A stretch of 39,745 nt of DNA from a virus: UHGV virus genome UHGV-0127686; one strand, written 5' to 3'. Made by a program: the position numbers and the translations under genes. Every line of letters begins with the position of its first letter. Positions within the stretch are counted from its first letter, which is position 1. The notes under the pieces were generated by a model. It did no database searches. It had not been told where the DNA came from and was given only the letters and a program-made list of their open reading frames with translations. Of the stretch, positions 22,074 through 32,498 are shown in pieces.

Positions 22074-22404
22074 TAGCCCCATTACCGCCAGTCCGGGCGG
22101 CAGTAATCTGCGCCTGCAGGCTGTCGTTCTGCTCCTGCAGTTTGAGCAATGCATCTTTCAGATCGGCAATCAGCTTATCTTTGTCGGCAATCTGCGCTTG
22201 CAGGCCGTCGATAATGGGTTGCAGATCATCGGTGTCGCTAATCACGCTTTCGGAAAGCTCAGAGTGCGCCTGGGTGAACCAGTGCGACGCGACCTCTTCC
22301 GGTACGTTATGCCGTCCCCGGCCAAACTCCTGTTTTGACTGATCGCCGAGCGTCAGCGTAAACGGGGTGTGAACATGGATGGTAACCAGCTTTTCTTTCG
22401 CCAT
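22036..22404 (-). CDS. small coiled-coil protein downstream of the major capsid gene
   Basis: 122 aa from ATG at 22404 with aaggaa RBS (MAKEKLV...); the longer track ORF is an upstream extension in the capsid gene's 3' end. Confidence 0.55.
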   Translation of the reverse strand: MAKEKLVTIHVHTPFTLTLGDQSKQEFGRGRHNVPEEVASHWFTQAHSELSESVISDTDDLQPIIDGLQAQIADKDKLIADLKDALLKLQEQNDSLQAQITAARTGGNGAKDAKESKSASGK

Positions 22405-22444
22405 TTCAGTTTCCTTCAGGCCCCTTTCGGGGCCATTCTGGTTA

Positions 22445-23386
22445 TCAGATACCGTCCACATAGGACAGAGTTTCTTTATACACTGGCTCGACTGCACCCA
22501 GCTTGCCGTAGTAAGTGACGATCTGATACAGACCGCGATACTGCACCGGCACGCTCTGAAGCGGAACCAGCGGGTAGCGGACGTATTTTTTATCGTTGGT
22601 GTACGCAACCATGCGATCCTTATTCCCCACACCACGGCCTTTCAGCCATTTAACCGCGCGGATATTCAGCGGAACACCGTTCTGGTGATAGCTGATGGTG
22701 TTGGTCTGAAGGTACGTCAACAGGGACTGGTTACCCGCAGATGAAACGATGATGCTGGACAACAGAGCAAACTGCTCAGGCGGGATCAGCAAATCACGCG
22801 GAACCACAGAGTAACCGGAAGCGGCCCACGCATCAGACAGCACCTGGTTAATGCTTGCGCGGATTTCGTCCGGTGTTGAGGTTGCCCACGTTTTGGCAGC
22901 GTTGTTGACAGGCACGCCGTCCAGGGTAACAAGGCCTTTCAGGTTTAATGCGGAATCGCCAACATACACCTGTTCATCGTTATCCATCTGCCATTTCAGT
23001 TGCATCCCGTCATACTTCTGCGTATCAATCGGGCGTCCGACCTGCTGAGCAGCCTGCAATTCTATGACCGTCCAGCCAAGTTCCATCCCCCACAGGTTCA
23101 GCGGGTTACCGGATTTGCCGATATCCACGTTCACGCCAGCAATAGCGGTTGAGTCTTTGCCTACCCAGTTTTTGCCATTCGGATTTGCACCAGTACCCGC
23201 AGCGGCGAAGCTGGTATTCGTCCAGCTGGAAATGTCATCTGCGATGGAGACATCTTCACGCAGTTGGATATCGCGGGTCCAGGTGTACCCCACCAGTGGC
23301 AGATTCAGCGTCTGGTCGAGTCGCTCCAGCTCCCCGATGAGAAAGACACCAGAGCTGTCAACGGTTGCCTGATCAAAAGTAATCAT
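22445..23386 (-). CDS. major capsid protein
   Basis: 313 aa, follows the decoration-like and protease/scaffold genes. Confidence 0.7.
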   Translation of the reverse strand: MITFDQATVDSSGVFLIGELERLDQTLNLPLVGYTWTRDIQLREDVSIADDISSWTNTSFAAAGTGANPNGKNWVGKDSTAIAGVNVDIGKSGNPLNLWGMELGWTVIELQAAQQVGRPIDTQKYDGMQLKWQMDNDEQVYVGDSALNLKGLVTLDGVPVNNAAKTWATSTPDEIRASINQVLSDAWAASGYSVVPRDLLIPPEQFALLSSIIVSSAGNQSLLTYLQTNTISYHQNGVPLNIRAVKWLKGRGVGNKDRMVAYTNDKKYVRYPLVPLQSVPVQYRGLYQIVTYYGKLGAVEPVYKETLSYVDGI

Positions 23387-23397
23387 TCGTCTGTTCC

Positions 23398-23904
23398 TTA
23401 AATCTTCCAGGAAATTTCTGCATTGCCGTTAGCATCACCGGCACCTGTGAATTCAGCGTTGGTCAGCACCACGTTTTTGCCACTGACTGACGTGGACATG
23501 AATCCACCCAGCGGCACTTTGATGGATTCATCAGTGGAGACGACAACGTATACCGGGTCGCCTTTTTTGATGGTGCTGGCATCAAAATCAGAACCGAGAT
23601 TAACGGTCACGTAGCCACGTTTCATGGCGTCGCCCGGGAAGTTCTTGCCACTCCCCACCTGGCGAACCATGTCCGGCTGCGAAGTGGTCGGATAAGGGCG
23701 CACGTAGATCCCCTTCACCTTGTCTGCGGTATCACCATCTGCCAGCGGCACGAAAAAACCGTCATCATCGTATTTACCAGCCAGCCCATAGGCAGCGAAG
23801 GCGTTATCGGATTTAAGGACCACCGGTTCGACGGTTAAGTCCTGCGGGCGAGAGACAGCCCCGGCAATGCCAACAGGCATCCGGTACAGAAATACATTAT
23901 TCAT
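23398..23904 (-). CDS. capsid-associated structural protein (decoration-like, tentative)
   Basis: 168 aa immediately upstream of the major capsid gene. Confidence 0.45.
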   Translation of the reverse strand: MNNVFLYRMPVGIAGAVSRPQDLTVEPVVLKSDNAFAAYGLAGKYDDDGFFVPLADGDTADKVKGIYVRPYPTTSQPDMVRQVGSGKNFPGDAMKRGYVTVNLGSDFDASTIKKGDPVYVVVSTDESIKVPLGGFMSTSVSGKNVVLTNAEFTGAGDANGNAEISWKI

Positions 23905-23907
23905 TTT

Positions 23908-25128
23908 TTACCCTTTACGGTTTGCCCAGAATTCAGCGTTTTGTTTGTTCAGGGAAGCGATACTGGTCATGCCCATGTTTGGGCGCTGTGCATCGCCGGT
24001 GGTGGCGCGGGTGTTTCGCCCTTTGGCAATCTCAGACACGGCATTAAACGCCATGTCGACCGATTGTTTCGGTAATTTGCGGATATCCGCATCACCGACT
24101 ATCTGGCGAACCAGCGTTTTGTCAGCAGAAGCCAGAACCTCGCGTTTGAACGTGGTCGGTTTCATCTTACGGCTCAGATCGATACCCGGAACGATAACTT
24201 CGGCACGCCAGGCTGAGTCACCAGTAATCGTGGTTTCCTCTTCATCGTCCTCGCCGTCACCGGTCGGATTATCGTCAGGCTTATTGTCGTTATCGCCCGT
24301 CGCATTTCCTTCCAGCTTAGCCAGCAGGGCTTTCAGTAATGTTTTGAGGTCATCATCACTGTCGCCGGTTGGACTTCCGCCCATCTCTGGTGCTTTGTCC
24401 GGTAGCGGTTGCTGCGGGGACAGGTTGATGTTGAGATTAACGCCCTGCGGCAAATCCCCCTCATCTCCTGTAACCGATGCGGGAGCCGACTCCACCAGTT
24501 CGTTCATGGTGTCGGCATCTCCTGTCTTGATGGCCGCACGCATGCGGTTCCACCAGTTTTTCTTTTGATTTGCCATTGTGTCTCTGTCTCCAATTGCACA
24601 ACGATTTCCGGCTCTGCCTTTAGGGACAAGAGCCACATGGTTTCCGGTAATATCGACCTGCTCAGCTTTACCTGGCTCGGTCTGCTCGTACTCCGCGTCA
24701 TAGCCGCACGACACTTCGCGCAGGCCATCTTCGATAAGCTGAATGGCGTTTTCGTCTTTGACGATAAGGTCAGCCAGCATCAAATCAGACTGCTCACCCG
24801 TCCCGCGCCGGACATTCTGGAGGTGCCCGACAGCAAGCTCTTTCCAGTTCTCGGGATTTACCAGCCGCACATTCCCGTTTTCATCTTCAGGATGCAGAAT
24901 CGTGATGCTCATCCCTTCGAATGAGGCAAGCGTGGCCGGATGGAATACCTGCTCAGGAGAACGCGTGACGACTATTTCACCGAACTTATCGGGTTTCAGT
25001 TTTGGCAGGTCATCAGCACCATAGAGCTGCTTACCTGTTCGTCCTATCGGCACGTCTCTGCACAGCAACGAGCCGTCAGCCAGCTGATAGCGGGTTTCCC
25101 CCAGCCGGGTATTGAAAAAATATTTCAT
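23908..25128 (-). CDS. prohead protease / scaffold-like protein (DUF2213-like)
   Basis: 406 aa; N-terminal region resembles the DUF2213 putative prohead protease; central acidic low-complexity stretch (GDSDDD, DDNPTGDGEDDEEE) typical of scaffolds. Confidence 0.55.
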   Translation of the reverse strand: MKYFFNTRLGETRYQLADGSLLCRDVPIGRTGKQLYGADDLPKLKPDKFGEIVVTRSPEQVFHPATLASFEGMSITILHPEDENGNVRLVNPENWKELAVGHLQNVRRGTGEQSDLMLADLIVKDENAIQLIEDGLREVSCGYDAEYEQTEPGKAEQVDITGNHVALVPKGRAGNRCAIGDRDTMANQKKNWWNRMRAAIKTGDADTMNELVESAPASVTGDEGDLPQGVNLNINLSPQQPLPDKAPEMGGSPTGDSDDDLKTLLKALLAKLEGNATGDNDNKPDDNPTGDGEDDEEETTITGDSAWRAEVIVPGIDLSRKMKPTTFKREVLASADKTLVRQIVGDADIRKLPKQSVDMAFNAVSEIAKGRNTRATTGDAQRPNMGMTSIASLNKQNAEFWANRKG

Positions 25129-25142
25129 GTGTTACCTGCGAT

Positions 25143-25877
25143 TCAGGCGGGATAAGATTGGGAGGTGGGAAAAACGATTTCTTTATAACAACGACAATTC
25201 GGGAGCTCGCCAGCGTGACCGGTCATGCCGTCAAGCGTTGGAGGTTTGCCCCATTCGACAAATTTACCTTCCATTTCCCGATGAGAATGCCTGACGTCAC
25301 CATCTTCGGCTGTACGCCAAATATAACCATTCGAACCAATTGACAGCGCACGCGCCTGATCCAGCGCGCCGGTTGCACGTCCAAGTTCAGTACGGGCAAT
25401 CAGGTCAGCTCTGGACTTTGCTATATCACCCGATGCAGCTATTTCTTTAGCAAAATGTTCCGCTCTCCCACCGGTCACAACAGCTTCAATCGCCCGATTC
25501 TGGATGTCGTACACCCTGTCAGCCGCCTCGAGGGGTAGCGATTTAATGTACTTAACCTGTTCAGCAACGACGGATTTCATCACCTGCCCTGGCGGGGCAC
25601 TGTTTACCAGATTGCGTAGCTCACGGCTGATGGTTTTGCTGTGTTTACGCCACTGCTCATCATTCTTGCGCACAATATCGGCGGTAAAGTTTTCCGCGAC
25701 CTTTGTCGCCCAAGGGGTGATGATTTCACTGTAGCGTTCCAGCGCCTCAATAATTTCCGTGATACTGTCATTTGAACCATCGTAGCGACCATTTACGATG
25801 TCTCCGACCGCCCGCGCTATCCTGCGTAGGCTGGTTCGATAGCGGATTTCCGCCTGACGGTTCCTGCGGTTCGTCAT
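25143..25877 (-). CDS. head morphogenesis protein (Mu F / SPP1 gp7 family)
   Basis: C-terminal GYIWRTAEDGDVRHSHREMEGKFVEWGKPP...CRCY is the Mu F-like motif; start uncertain because the 5' end overlaps the portal gene. Confidence 0.65.
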   Translation of the reverse strand: MTNRRNRQAEIRYRTSLRRIARAVGDIVNGRYDGSNDSITEIIEALERYSEIITPWATKVAENFTADIVRKNDEQWRKHSKTISRELRNLVNSAPPGQVMKSVVAEQVKYIKSLPLEAADRVYDIQNRAIEAVVTGGRAEHFAKEIAASGDIAKSRADLIARTELGRATGALDQARALSIGSNGYIWRTAEDGDVRHSHREMEGKFVEWGKPPTLDGMTGHAGELPNCRCYKEIVFPTSQSYPA

Positions 25878-27234
25878 CAGGTTCGCCGATGCCGGGCGGC
25901 GCTTCGTCTTCGGCATTCTCTATGTCCTCGTCGGTAATGGATGCCCCGATGCCGGTGACATCAGAGTTTTCGCGTAGGTCGGTCATTGCCGCCTTACGCG
26001 TCATCAATCCGTCACCCAGCGCCGTACTGATTGCGTTGGTGGTGTTTAACGCCACCGTTGAGCGATCGACATCAGACATTTGCCAGAGCGGGTTAAACTC
26101 AAACGTGAAATCATCCGGGAGCGGCTTGCCAAGTTCCGAACGATGCATGATGTCCAGTATCCGACGCACCGGAAGACGTAAACGCCTCTCCTGCAACGAA
26201 CTGATGCGGTCGTAATAGTTGGCAAGATCTGCATCACCGGTAGAAAATCCTTTCGGGGACTGTCCGAACAACCGCACCAGTGGAATACCAACAGCGCCAC
26301 TAATCTGTTCTGCAAACTGCGATAGGATGTCATCCAGACCACTGAAGCTGTACTGATGCGTTTCAAACTTATCCCGCGAGTCCATGAGCGTCATGCCTTC
26401 ATTGCTCTGGAACTGTCGAATCAGGTCGATATTCTTCAGCAACGCTTCATACGCAGGACCACCAAGTGCGATAAGCTCGCGTAGCTTCTCCACGCTGTAG
26501 GTACGCAAATGCGCCTTGTAGACCAGCTGCGCCGCGCCGACAGTAGCGCTGTCGAACGCGGTAAGACGATCCCAGATACGCTCTACAACCGACATTCCCC
26601 ATTCGTTTTCGGTCATCTTCTGCTGGAATGGCAGCGTCACCCCGTCGAAGCGAATCAGGCGGCTGTGATGGATGCGCCAGGCCGGGATGCCCGTTGCAGT
26701 GGTCACCACGTCGTAAAACTCAGGTTTACCCAGGTCCGGCCCCATCTCTTTAATGCGGCGGGTCAGCACAGGGTTAATCATCCAGCGGTCGAGCGGGAGA
26801 ATGCCCTTAAACTTGCCTTCTCCAATGGTTTCTAGCCGCAACGGGGTCATTGGTGCCTGCCCCTCAATCATGATGAAGCCAACCGCGCCGCCGTAGAGAC
26901 GCGACCATTTCAGCACGTCGTTCAGCGCATCCCAGATCTGCAACTCATCCAGCTGCGCTTCCAGGGTGCCACGGTCTTTGGCGTCAATCTCCGAAGTGAT
27001 GCGAATGCCTTTCCGGGTCATATCGTCCGGGATAGCGTCGACCGCTTCGCCGATGATCCAGGACGAACGATAGGACCATTCCACCAGCATGCGGTTGCGG
27101 CTGGTGAAGTTAGCCCGGTAGGTCGATGCTGAGTGCTGGTTAGGCGTCTGCATCCCCACGCGGGCGACAAAGTTCTCATAGCCATCAGCGGTGGCCTGTG
27201 CCGTTCGCTGAGAGGCTTGCTTGTTTCGTGCCAT
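25768..27234 (-). CDS. portal protein
   Basis: 488 aa directly after the large terminase (ATGA overlap). Confidence 0.75.
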   Translation of the reverse strand: MARNKQASQRTAQATADGYENFVARVGMQTPNQHSASTYRANFTSRNRMLVEWSYRSSWIIGEAVDAIPDDMTRKGIRITSEIDAKDRGTLEAQLDELQIWDALNDVLKWSRLYGGAVGFIMIEGQAPMTPLRLETIGEGKFKGILPLDRWMINPVLTRRIKEMGPDLGKPEFYDVVTTATGIPAWRIHHSRLIRFDGVTLPFQQKMTENEWGMSVVERIWDRLTAFDSATVGAAQLVYKAHLRTYSVEKLRELIALGGPAYEALLKNIDLIRQFQSNEGMTLMDSRDKFETHQYSFSGLDDILSQFAEQISGAVGIPLVRLFGQSPKGFSTGDADLANYYDRISSLQERRLRLPVRRILDIMHRSELGKPLPDDFTFEFNPLWQMSDVDRSTVALNTTNAISTALGDGLMTRKAAMTDLRENSDVTGIGASITDEDIENAEDEAPPGIGEPDDEPQEPSGGNPLSNQPTQDSAGGRRHRKWSLRWFK

Positions 27235-28856
27235 CAGGCCTGTCTCCCTAGCAGCTCCCAGATGTTCAGGGCTGAATTCATTGGCGCGTAGCTGATCATC
27301 ACCGAGTCGGCAAGGTTCGGCGACTTGGTGCCGTCAGGCTGTTTATCAACAACGATTTTCCCCACGCCGTTAATGGAGTAGGTCGGCTGCGACAGCTCGA
27401 TGATGAGTTTGTCTTTGCTCGCCATGGCGCTGCTGATTGAGATGATTTCGTCCGGGTTGTAGGCCATGCCCTCAACCACGGCACGGTAGGTGTTCTGGAA
27501 AAGTTTACGTAACCGCCACCAGCTCTGGGCTTTGGCGTTAGCGAAGAAGTCCTTGTTCAGACGTGCGGCTTGCCCGTTGTCCCCGCGAACAGCTTCATCA
27601 TCCGGATCAAATACCGCGCCACTACCTCGAAACGGTGTGGCGAGTATTGACGGTCGACGCGCAGCGTTACGCAGTTCGTTGATAGCGCGTGCATCGCCGC
27701 GAACGCCAGCGCCCAGCCCGTCCTCGTCAAAGCGAAACTCTTCAAGATCGTCCTGTTCGCAAAAGCCGAAGACCTTCTCGACGGACTGATAAATGTCGCT
27801 GCCCACACCGGACCATTCCCGCACATTCTCCAGGAGGAAGCCATGACGGGTGGAAAAGGCATTTTTGTCCCTGCCTTCGTCGGCGACATCCATCGCGCCA
27901 AGTCGTTTGCCTGTTGGCTGGATACCCAGTTTGATATGCGCATCAACGGCAGCCTGTACCCATTCGGATGGAATCAGGACGCCTTCCGCTGATGCGCTGT
28001 AGTTCAGATCAAGTTCCTGTGCCACCACCACCGGATTATCGATTTTCTCGCATTCCCTGCGATACCACTCTTCATCCTTGCGAGGATCATCCCGCCAGTG
28101 GAATGTGAATACCGGTATCTTCCCGCCATGACGCTTCTGAGCGAACGGGTTCGCCATGCCGTTAACTGAACTCAGGTCAATACGGCAACGCGTCGTTTGT
28201 GACAACGCCGCATCAATCAGCAGAGGACGCTGAAGGAATGCAGCCTCATCAACCAGATAAAGCGTGGTACGGTCACCGCGACCAATATTATCGCCAGCCT
28301 CGCCTTTGATAACGGCACCAGTTTCAGGAAACTCAACACGCATATATGGCGCGTGCTTCTTCTCGCTCCACGAACCGCGAAACTCTACAGGTAGCGTTTC
28401 CACGAACTTGCGCGCCTTCCAGAACAATGCTTTCGGGTCACCAGTGCTGTCGACGTATTCCTCTTTACGGGAGCCGAAACCGATAACCATTTCTTTGTTG
28501 AAGAGACAAAGCGAGCAGGCCAGTCCGATCGCGGTCCAACTGAGCCCCATTTCACGGGATTTTTCGGTAATACCATTCTCCCGATTGCTCCAGCGTTCCA
28601 TAATCCAGTGGATCCACTCCTCCTGCTTAGGGAAGAGTAAAAACGGAATGGTCACCGGCAGGCCATAATCAATATTACGCGGGTCCGTTGTCATGCCCCA
28701 GTCGATGATGAACTGAGCCGGATTGGTTCGGTAAAACTGCTTCAACACGGGCAATATTTCAGGATTCTGGCGAATGCGCTGTAGGCGTTCCATCCGCCAT
28801 TCAAAAACCATCTGGTAATCAGGATGTTTAAAATCGAAGGGGAATGGTAACGGCAT
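27234..28856 (-). CDS. terminase large subunit
   Basis: 540 aa; ATPase region followed by nuclease-like C-terminus; position after the small subunit. Confidence 0.85.
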   Translation of the reverse strand: MPLPFPFDFKHPDYQMVFEWRMERLQRIRQNPEILPVLKQFYRTNPAQFIIDWGMTTDPRNIDYGLPVTIPFLLFPKQEEWIHWIMERWSNRENGITEKSREMGLSWTAIGLACSLCLFNKEMVIGFGSRKEEYVDSTGDPKALFWKARKFVETLPVEFRGSWSEKKHAPYMRVEFPETGAVIKGEAGDNIGRGDRTTLYLVDEAAFLQRPLLIDAALSQTTRCRIDLSSVNGMANPFAQKRHGGKIPVFTFHWRDDPRKDEEWYRRECEKIDNPVVVAQELDLNYSASAEGVLIPSEWVQAAVDAHIKLGIQPTGKRLGAMDVADEGRDKNAFSTRHGFLLENVREWSGVGSDIYQSVEKVFGFCEQDDLEEFRFDEDGLGAGVRGDARAINELRNAARRPSILATPFRGSGAVFDPDDEAVRGDNGQAARLNKDFFANAKAQSWWRLRKLFQNTYRAVVEGMAYNPDEIISISSAMASKDKLIIELSQPTYSINGVGKIVVDKQPDGTKSPNLADSVMISYAPMNSALNIWELLGRQA

Positions 28857-28858
28857 AC

Positions 28859-29410
28859 TTAGCCCATCATTTTTCTATACGCCTCTGCAGCCTGCTCCGG
28901 CGTTAAGTTGGTAATTTCTGTTCTGACTGGTCCTCCATCAGCGCCAGTCACTTCATTTTTGACATTGTCTTTAAACGCCTGAACAGAAACATGACGCCCA
29001 AGCAACTCAAGATTTTTAACCTTATCAGGCCATTTGATTTTCTTCAGAAGTGCGGCGCTATCTGCGGATACCATCTCCACGACATCCATTCCTGATAGCG
29101 TTGTGCGCCATACCTTAGGCCAGTCTTTAATGGGTTTTAGCTCACCGTTTTGCAGGAGAATGTCAAGCACATCCATCTGGTCGATTTCAAGAAGGCGATT
29201 AAGTACATATTCTGCATTAATACCAACAAGATCATTGCGTTGCGCTTTCAGTTCAGCGATTCTTAACTTGATGTCAGGTTTTGACATGTTTTCGGACGCA
29301 GTACGGTTGGCTGTCTTTGCGCTGTACCCCGCCCGAATAGCCGCTTGTGTGGCGTTTAAATCGATGAGGTACTCGCGACAGAACATTTCTTGTTTGTCGG
29401 TGAGTGCCAT
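28859..29410 (-). CDS. terminase small subunit (P27 / Terminase_2 family)
   Basis: [34 protein letters not shown] is the characteristic N-terminus of this family. Confidence 0.85.
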   Translation of the reverse strand: MALTDKQEMFCREYLIDLNATQAAIRAGYSAKTANRTASENMSKPDIKLRIAELKAQRNDLVGINAEYVLNRLLEIDQMDVLDILLQNGELKPIKDWPKVWRTTLSGMDVVEMVSADSAALLKKIKWPDKVKNLELLGRHVSVQAFKDNVKNEVTGADGGPVRTEITNLTPEQAAEAYRKMMG

Positions 29411-29434
29411 GGCAAAGTCTCAATTGGATTGAAA

Positions 29435-29707
29435 ATGAGTGATTTATTACTAATTAAAAACTGGTTAATTGACCATCATACACTATCAATTTTCTTTGGT
29501 TTTTTATCGGCTGGGTTATGGATCAAATCAGCAACAGCCAAAGTCAAAACAGGTAGAAGCACCGTTGTAGCAATTACATTTGATGATCCCCAAAAAAATG
29601 TAGATCTTCACGAATTTTTCTTAACTGCGCGGTTACAGTCTAAATATAACTCATATGCAGCTTTCGCTGCTGCTGCAACTGTGATTTTGCAAATGGCTGG
29701 CTATTAG
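29435..29707 (+). CDS. small membrane protein (moron, opposite strand)
   Basis: 90 aa from ATG at 29435; two hydrophobic segments; AT-rich; opposite to the flanking operons. Confidence 0.45.
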   Translation: MSDLLLIKNWLIDHHTLSIFFGFLSAGLWIKSATAKVKTGRSTVVAITFDDPQKNVDLHEFFLTARLQSKYNSYAAFAAAATVILQMAGY

Positions 29708-29796
29708 AAAGCCTTAACCACGATATTATTTACCTTTATCAATATCAGTTAACGGCTCAAAGTGTAATGGTTCCACATTCTCCTAATGGAGTTATT

Positions 29797-29922
29797 CTAC
29801 TCGCCCATCTCGGTAGCCGGCTGCATAAAGCCATTAACCAGCTCACGCTGACGTCGTGACATCTTACCCGTAAAGGTTTCGCCTGTTTGGGTGGTTAACA
29901 TGATTTGGTAGATGTCGGACAT
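29797..29922 (-). CDS. 41-aa small ORF with strong RBS
   Basis: aagagg RBS 7 nt upstream of ATG; MSDIYQIMLTTQTGETFTGKMSRRQRELVNGFMQPATEMGE; not in the ORF track because of length. Confidence 0.35.
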   Translation of the reverse strand: MSDIYQIMLTTQTGETFTGKMSRRQRELVNGFMQPATEMGE

Positions 29923-30055
29923 TGAGAACCTCTTTATCCGCTTGTTGGGATATCAGTTAAGTTATCCCGTGTAGGGTATAAGCCATTATCAAAGCCACTC
30001 GGCATGGAGTGGCTTTTGTAATAGCAATAAAAAAACCGTCCGGAGGCGGCTTGTG

Positions 30056-30940
30056 TTAAATCCCCAAGAGAGGCTTAAAGTCATTTAGCTTCTCTGCTTT
30101 AATAACAAATCCGAGATTCATTGTAATTTCAGAACGCACAACTGGTGTAGCGACTGTTGGTACGTCAATAATTTCAATATTCCCGCTAACATTCGTTACT
30201 GGCCCTGCATACAACAACCCAAGGAAAATTAATCTCTCCCCCATAGCAATACCATTATTAGTAGCATATGAGCCTTGGTTCATTATATAAACGGGAGAAC
30301 CGCTAGAACCACCGAAACAAGCCATATCAATGAGGAATTCAGGCTTACCCTTCCAGTTTTCCATAGGTGATGATGCTGTGATGCCTTTCCTGGTAACAGG
30401 CCTATTGTTTACAGAATCCCATAATCCATTTGGATATCCTGTCATGTAAACATCTTCGACAGGAGTAATGTAATTGTTACCACGCATCTGACGATCTGTG
30501 AAAAAGAAGAGTTCTGGGCTAATGCCACTTTTCTCCATCTCATTCAGCAATCCAGCGATAGGCAATATGCATATATCAACATTATCATCAGGGTGCATAA
30601 TGAACGCATTTGCCCCCTCTGAAATTGTTAGGTTATAAAATTTTATCTCAGGATTTGCGCTGTCGGTAATGTTTAGACGTAGTCTAACTTCTGTTGCCCC
30701 GTTAACAACATGCTTATTAGTTACCAAGAGTGGAACAATATCTTCACCACCTTCCATAACAAAGCAAAACCAGAAAGCAGTTCCTACCGAGGTTCCCTCT
30801 GGAGTATCACTTTCAACTCTAAGTGTAGACTTATAAATATCTTGACTGACAGACATATCCGTAACTCCCATGTTTAAATAGGGGATAAATATAGCATCAA
30901 TCACATAAGAATTATCTGATCTGTTCGATGTATTGACCAA
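30056..30940 (-). CDS. trypsin-like (S1/chymotrypsin-fold) serine peptidase, cytoplasmic
   Basis: Catalytic triad motifs in order: LVTNKHVV (His), DICIL (Asp), GGSSGSPV (Ser); no signal peptide; TTG start at 30940 or ATG at 30871; GC-rich hairpin plus T-run downstream. Confidence 0.7.
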   Translation of the reverse strand: MVNTSNRSDNSYVIDAIFIPYLNMGVTDMSVSQDIYKSTLRVESDTPEGTSVGTAFWFCFVMEGGEDIVPLLVTNKHVVNGATEVRLRLNITDSANPEIKFYNLTISEGANAFIMHPDDNVDICILPIAGLLNEMEKSGISPELFFFTDRQMRGNNYITPVEDVYMTGYPNGLWDSVNNRPVTRKGITASSPMENWKGKPEFLIDMACFGGSSGSPVYIMNQGSYATNNGIAMGERLIFLGLLYAGPVTNVSGNIEIIDVPTVATPVVRSEITMNLGFVIKAEKLNDFKPLLGI

Positions 30941-30976
30941 AGATATAAAGCTTCTTCATGGCAGCAAAATAGTCTT

Positions 30977-31234
30977 CTACAGAGAGGTCCGAGACTCTTC
31001 AATCTTCCTGATACTAGCCTTATCGATGTTGCACTGACCCAGCGCCGATAGCAGGCTAACATTCAGCTCCAGACTGGCCCCATAGGTCAGCGGTTCGGGA
31101 ATGGCTGGCTGTTGCGTCTCAGCTGTCAGGTTTGCCGGTAGAGGCACTACCGATACCGGTACGTAAACTGTCCGCGAATTGCCGCAGCCGGTGAGCAGTT
31201 GCAGGAGGCACAGGCCGATGAGCGCAGTCATCAT
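30977..31234 (-). CDS. o-spanin (Rz1-like outer-membrane lipoprotein)
   Basis: [17 protein letters not shown] signal with lipobox; partly embedded in the +1 frame of the i-spanin gene. Confidence 0.7.
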   Translation of the reverse strand: MMTALIGLCLLQLLTGCGNSRTVYVPVSVVPLPANLTAETQQPAIPEPLTYGASLELNVSLLSALGQCNIDKASIRKIEESRTSL

Positions 31235-31511
31235 TCTCAATAGCCACTTTGATATCTGCTTGGGCTCCCTGTGACTCCAGTGTGATCTGGTTCTTTGCAT
31301 CCTGGTTGGCCTCTGCAATGGCGTTGATGATGTTCACAGACCGAATGACGTTGGCGGTGATCGCTTCGGCGGCGTTGGCGTTCTGCTCGGCAGCATCTGC
31401 GCGTAGCCGTTCCGCCTGATACTTATCGTGATAATGGCTTGCTGACCAAACGATGACGCCCAGTACGCTCAATGCGAACGCGAAGATAATTATCTTGTAG
31501 TGGATCTTCAT
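31119..31511 (-). CDS. i-spanin (Rz-like)
   Basis: N-terminal transmembrane helix then coiled-coil; ATGA overlap with the endolysin stop. Confidence 0.75.
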   Translation of the reverse strand: MKIHYKIIIFAFALSVLGVIVWSASHYHDKYQAERLRADAAEQNANAAEAITANVIRSVNIINAIAEANQDAKNQITLESQGAQADIKVAIENDDCAHRPVPPATAHRLRQFADSLRTGIGSASTGKPDS

Positions 31512-32005
31512 TGCTCCCCCCATAAACAGACTTCACGCTCAATCTCACGACGAGTCATGAGACCTTTCCATTGCTTACCGCCAGCGTATGTCCAGCGCCG
31601 TAGCTGATCACATGCGCCTTTGATATCGCCCTGGTTTATTTTGCGAAGAAGCGTCGATGTTCTGAAATTTCCAGCACCAACGTTGTAAACGAACGAGTAA
31701 AGAGCGCCGCGCGTTGTTTCCGGTATATCGACTTTGATGTACGGGTTAATTTGTCTGGCTACCGTGGCAAGGTCTTTATTCAGGAGGGCTTTGCATTCTG
31801 CTTCGGTATACGTTTTACCGAGCATAATGTCTTTTCCGGTATGCCCGTAACATACAGTCCATACACCAACGATATCTTTATATGGTATGTAGCTGACGCC
31901 TTCCAGACCATCGTTACCACTTGGGCCAGTGATTAACACAGATGCTATAGCAATAGCCCCGCCACCAATAGCCGCAGCAACGGCTTTTCGTAATGATGGA
32001 GGCAT
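31508..32005 (-). CDS. SAR endolysin (phage 21 R-type lysozyme)
   Basis: Gly/Ala-rich N-terminal signal-anchor-release helix followed by lysozyme catalytic region ([23 protein letters not shown]). Confidence 0.85.
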   Translation of the reverse strand: MPPSLRKAVAAAIGGGAIAIASVLITGPSGNDGLEGVSYIPYKDIVGVWTVCYGHTGKDIMLGKTYTEAECKALLNKDLATVARQINPYIKVDIPETTRGALYSFVYNVGAGNFRTSTLLRKINQGDIKGACDQLRRWTYAGGKQWKGLMTRREIEREVCLWGEQ

Positions 32006-32220
32006 TATTCACCTCTCGCAGCCTTTCTTCTGTCTTCTCTGATTTTGAAGTACAGATTTGTCAGATAGGTGAGAAAGCCCAACACAAGGCTTCCAAGCAC
32101 CCCAATCGCAGCCCACTGTGATGGACTGACCTGATCCAACCACAGCAAAAACCAGTATCCCGCACTACCAGCGGATGTTCCGTAGGCAATGCCAGTTGAG
32201 ATTTTGTCCATTGATTTCAT
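32005..32220 (-). CDS. pinholin (phage 21 S-type class II holin)
   Basis: 71 aa, two TM helices, C-terminal [13 protein letters not shown]; matches S21 as recalled. Confidence 0.85.
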   Translation of the reverse strand: MKSMDKISTGIAYGTSAGSAGYWFLLWLDQVSPSQWAAIGVLGSLVLGFLTYLTNLYFKIREDRRKAARGE

Positions 32221-32338
32221 AGCAACGCCTCCGCCAGTAACGGATTGCGTAGTTCTTATATTGGGAAGGGAGAAAAAGAAGACCGCAGCATAACTATCAC
32301 TGATGAATTCAGGACATCCAGTGGCTACGGCTCAGTTA

Positions 32339-32414
32339 TGGTGCTGGTTAACGGACTTGAACCGCTACCCATTCGCTTACAAGGCGACCGCTCTACCATT
32401 GGAGCTAAACCAGC
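32339..32414 (-). tRNA. tRNA-Thr (anticodon UGU)
   Basis: 76-nt cloverleaf folded by hand: 7-bp acceptor, D-loop with GG, anticodon loop cUUGUaa, T-loop TTCAAGT, 3' CCA; one non-WC pair at 27-43. Confidence 0.65.
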
Positions 32415-32419
32415 ATATT

Positions 32420-32495
32420 TGGCGGGACAGCGTGGACTCGAACCACGATAAGAAGGTTAACAGCCTTCCGTAATGACCTTTATACGACTGACCCA
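32420..32495 (-). tRNA. tRNA-like sequence, Asn-type anticodon GUU (possibly degenerate)
   Basis: Perfect anticodon arm (gaagg/cUGUUaa/ccttc), T-arm GGTTCGAGTCC and CCA end, but acceptor stem has a T-T mismatch and the D-arm is irregular. Confidence 0.4.
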
Positions 32496-32498
32496 AAT

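Noticed and set aside
23867-24924. + strand ORFs 23867..24568 and 24409..24924 within the protease/scaffold gene
   Set aside because: Ser/Pro-rich low-complexity antisense frames of a GC-rich structural gene; no independent start signals.
32220-32339. Possible toxin genes downstream of the tRNAs, as in Stx phages
   Set aside because: Only 118 bp separate the tRNA from the holin start; no reading frame is available for toxin cargo.
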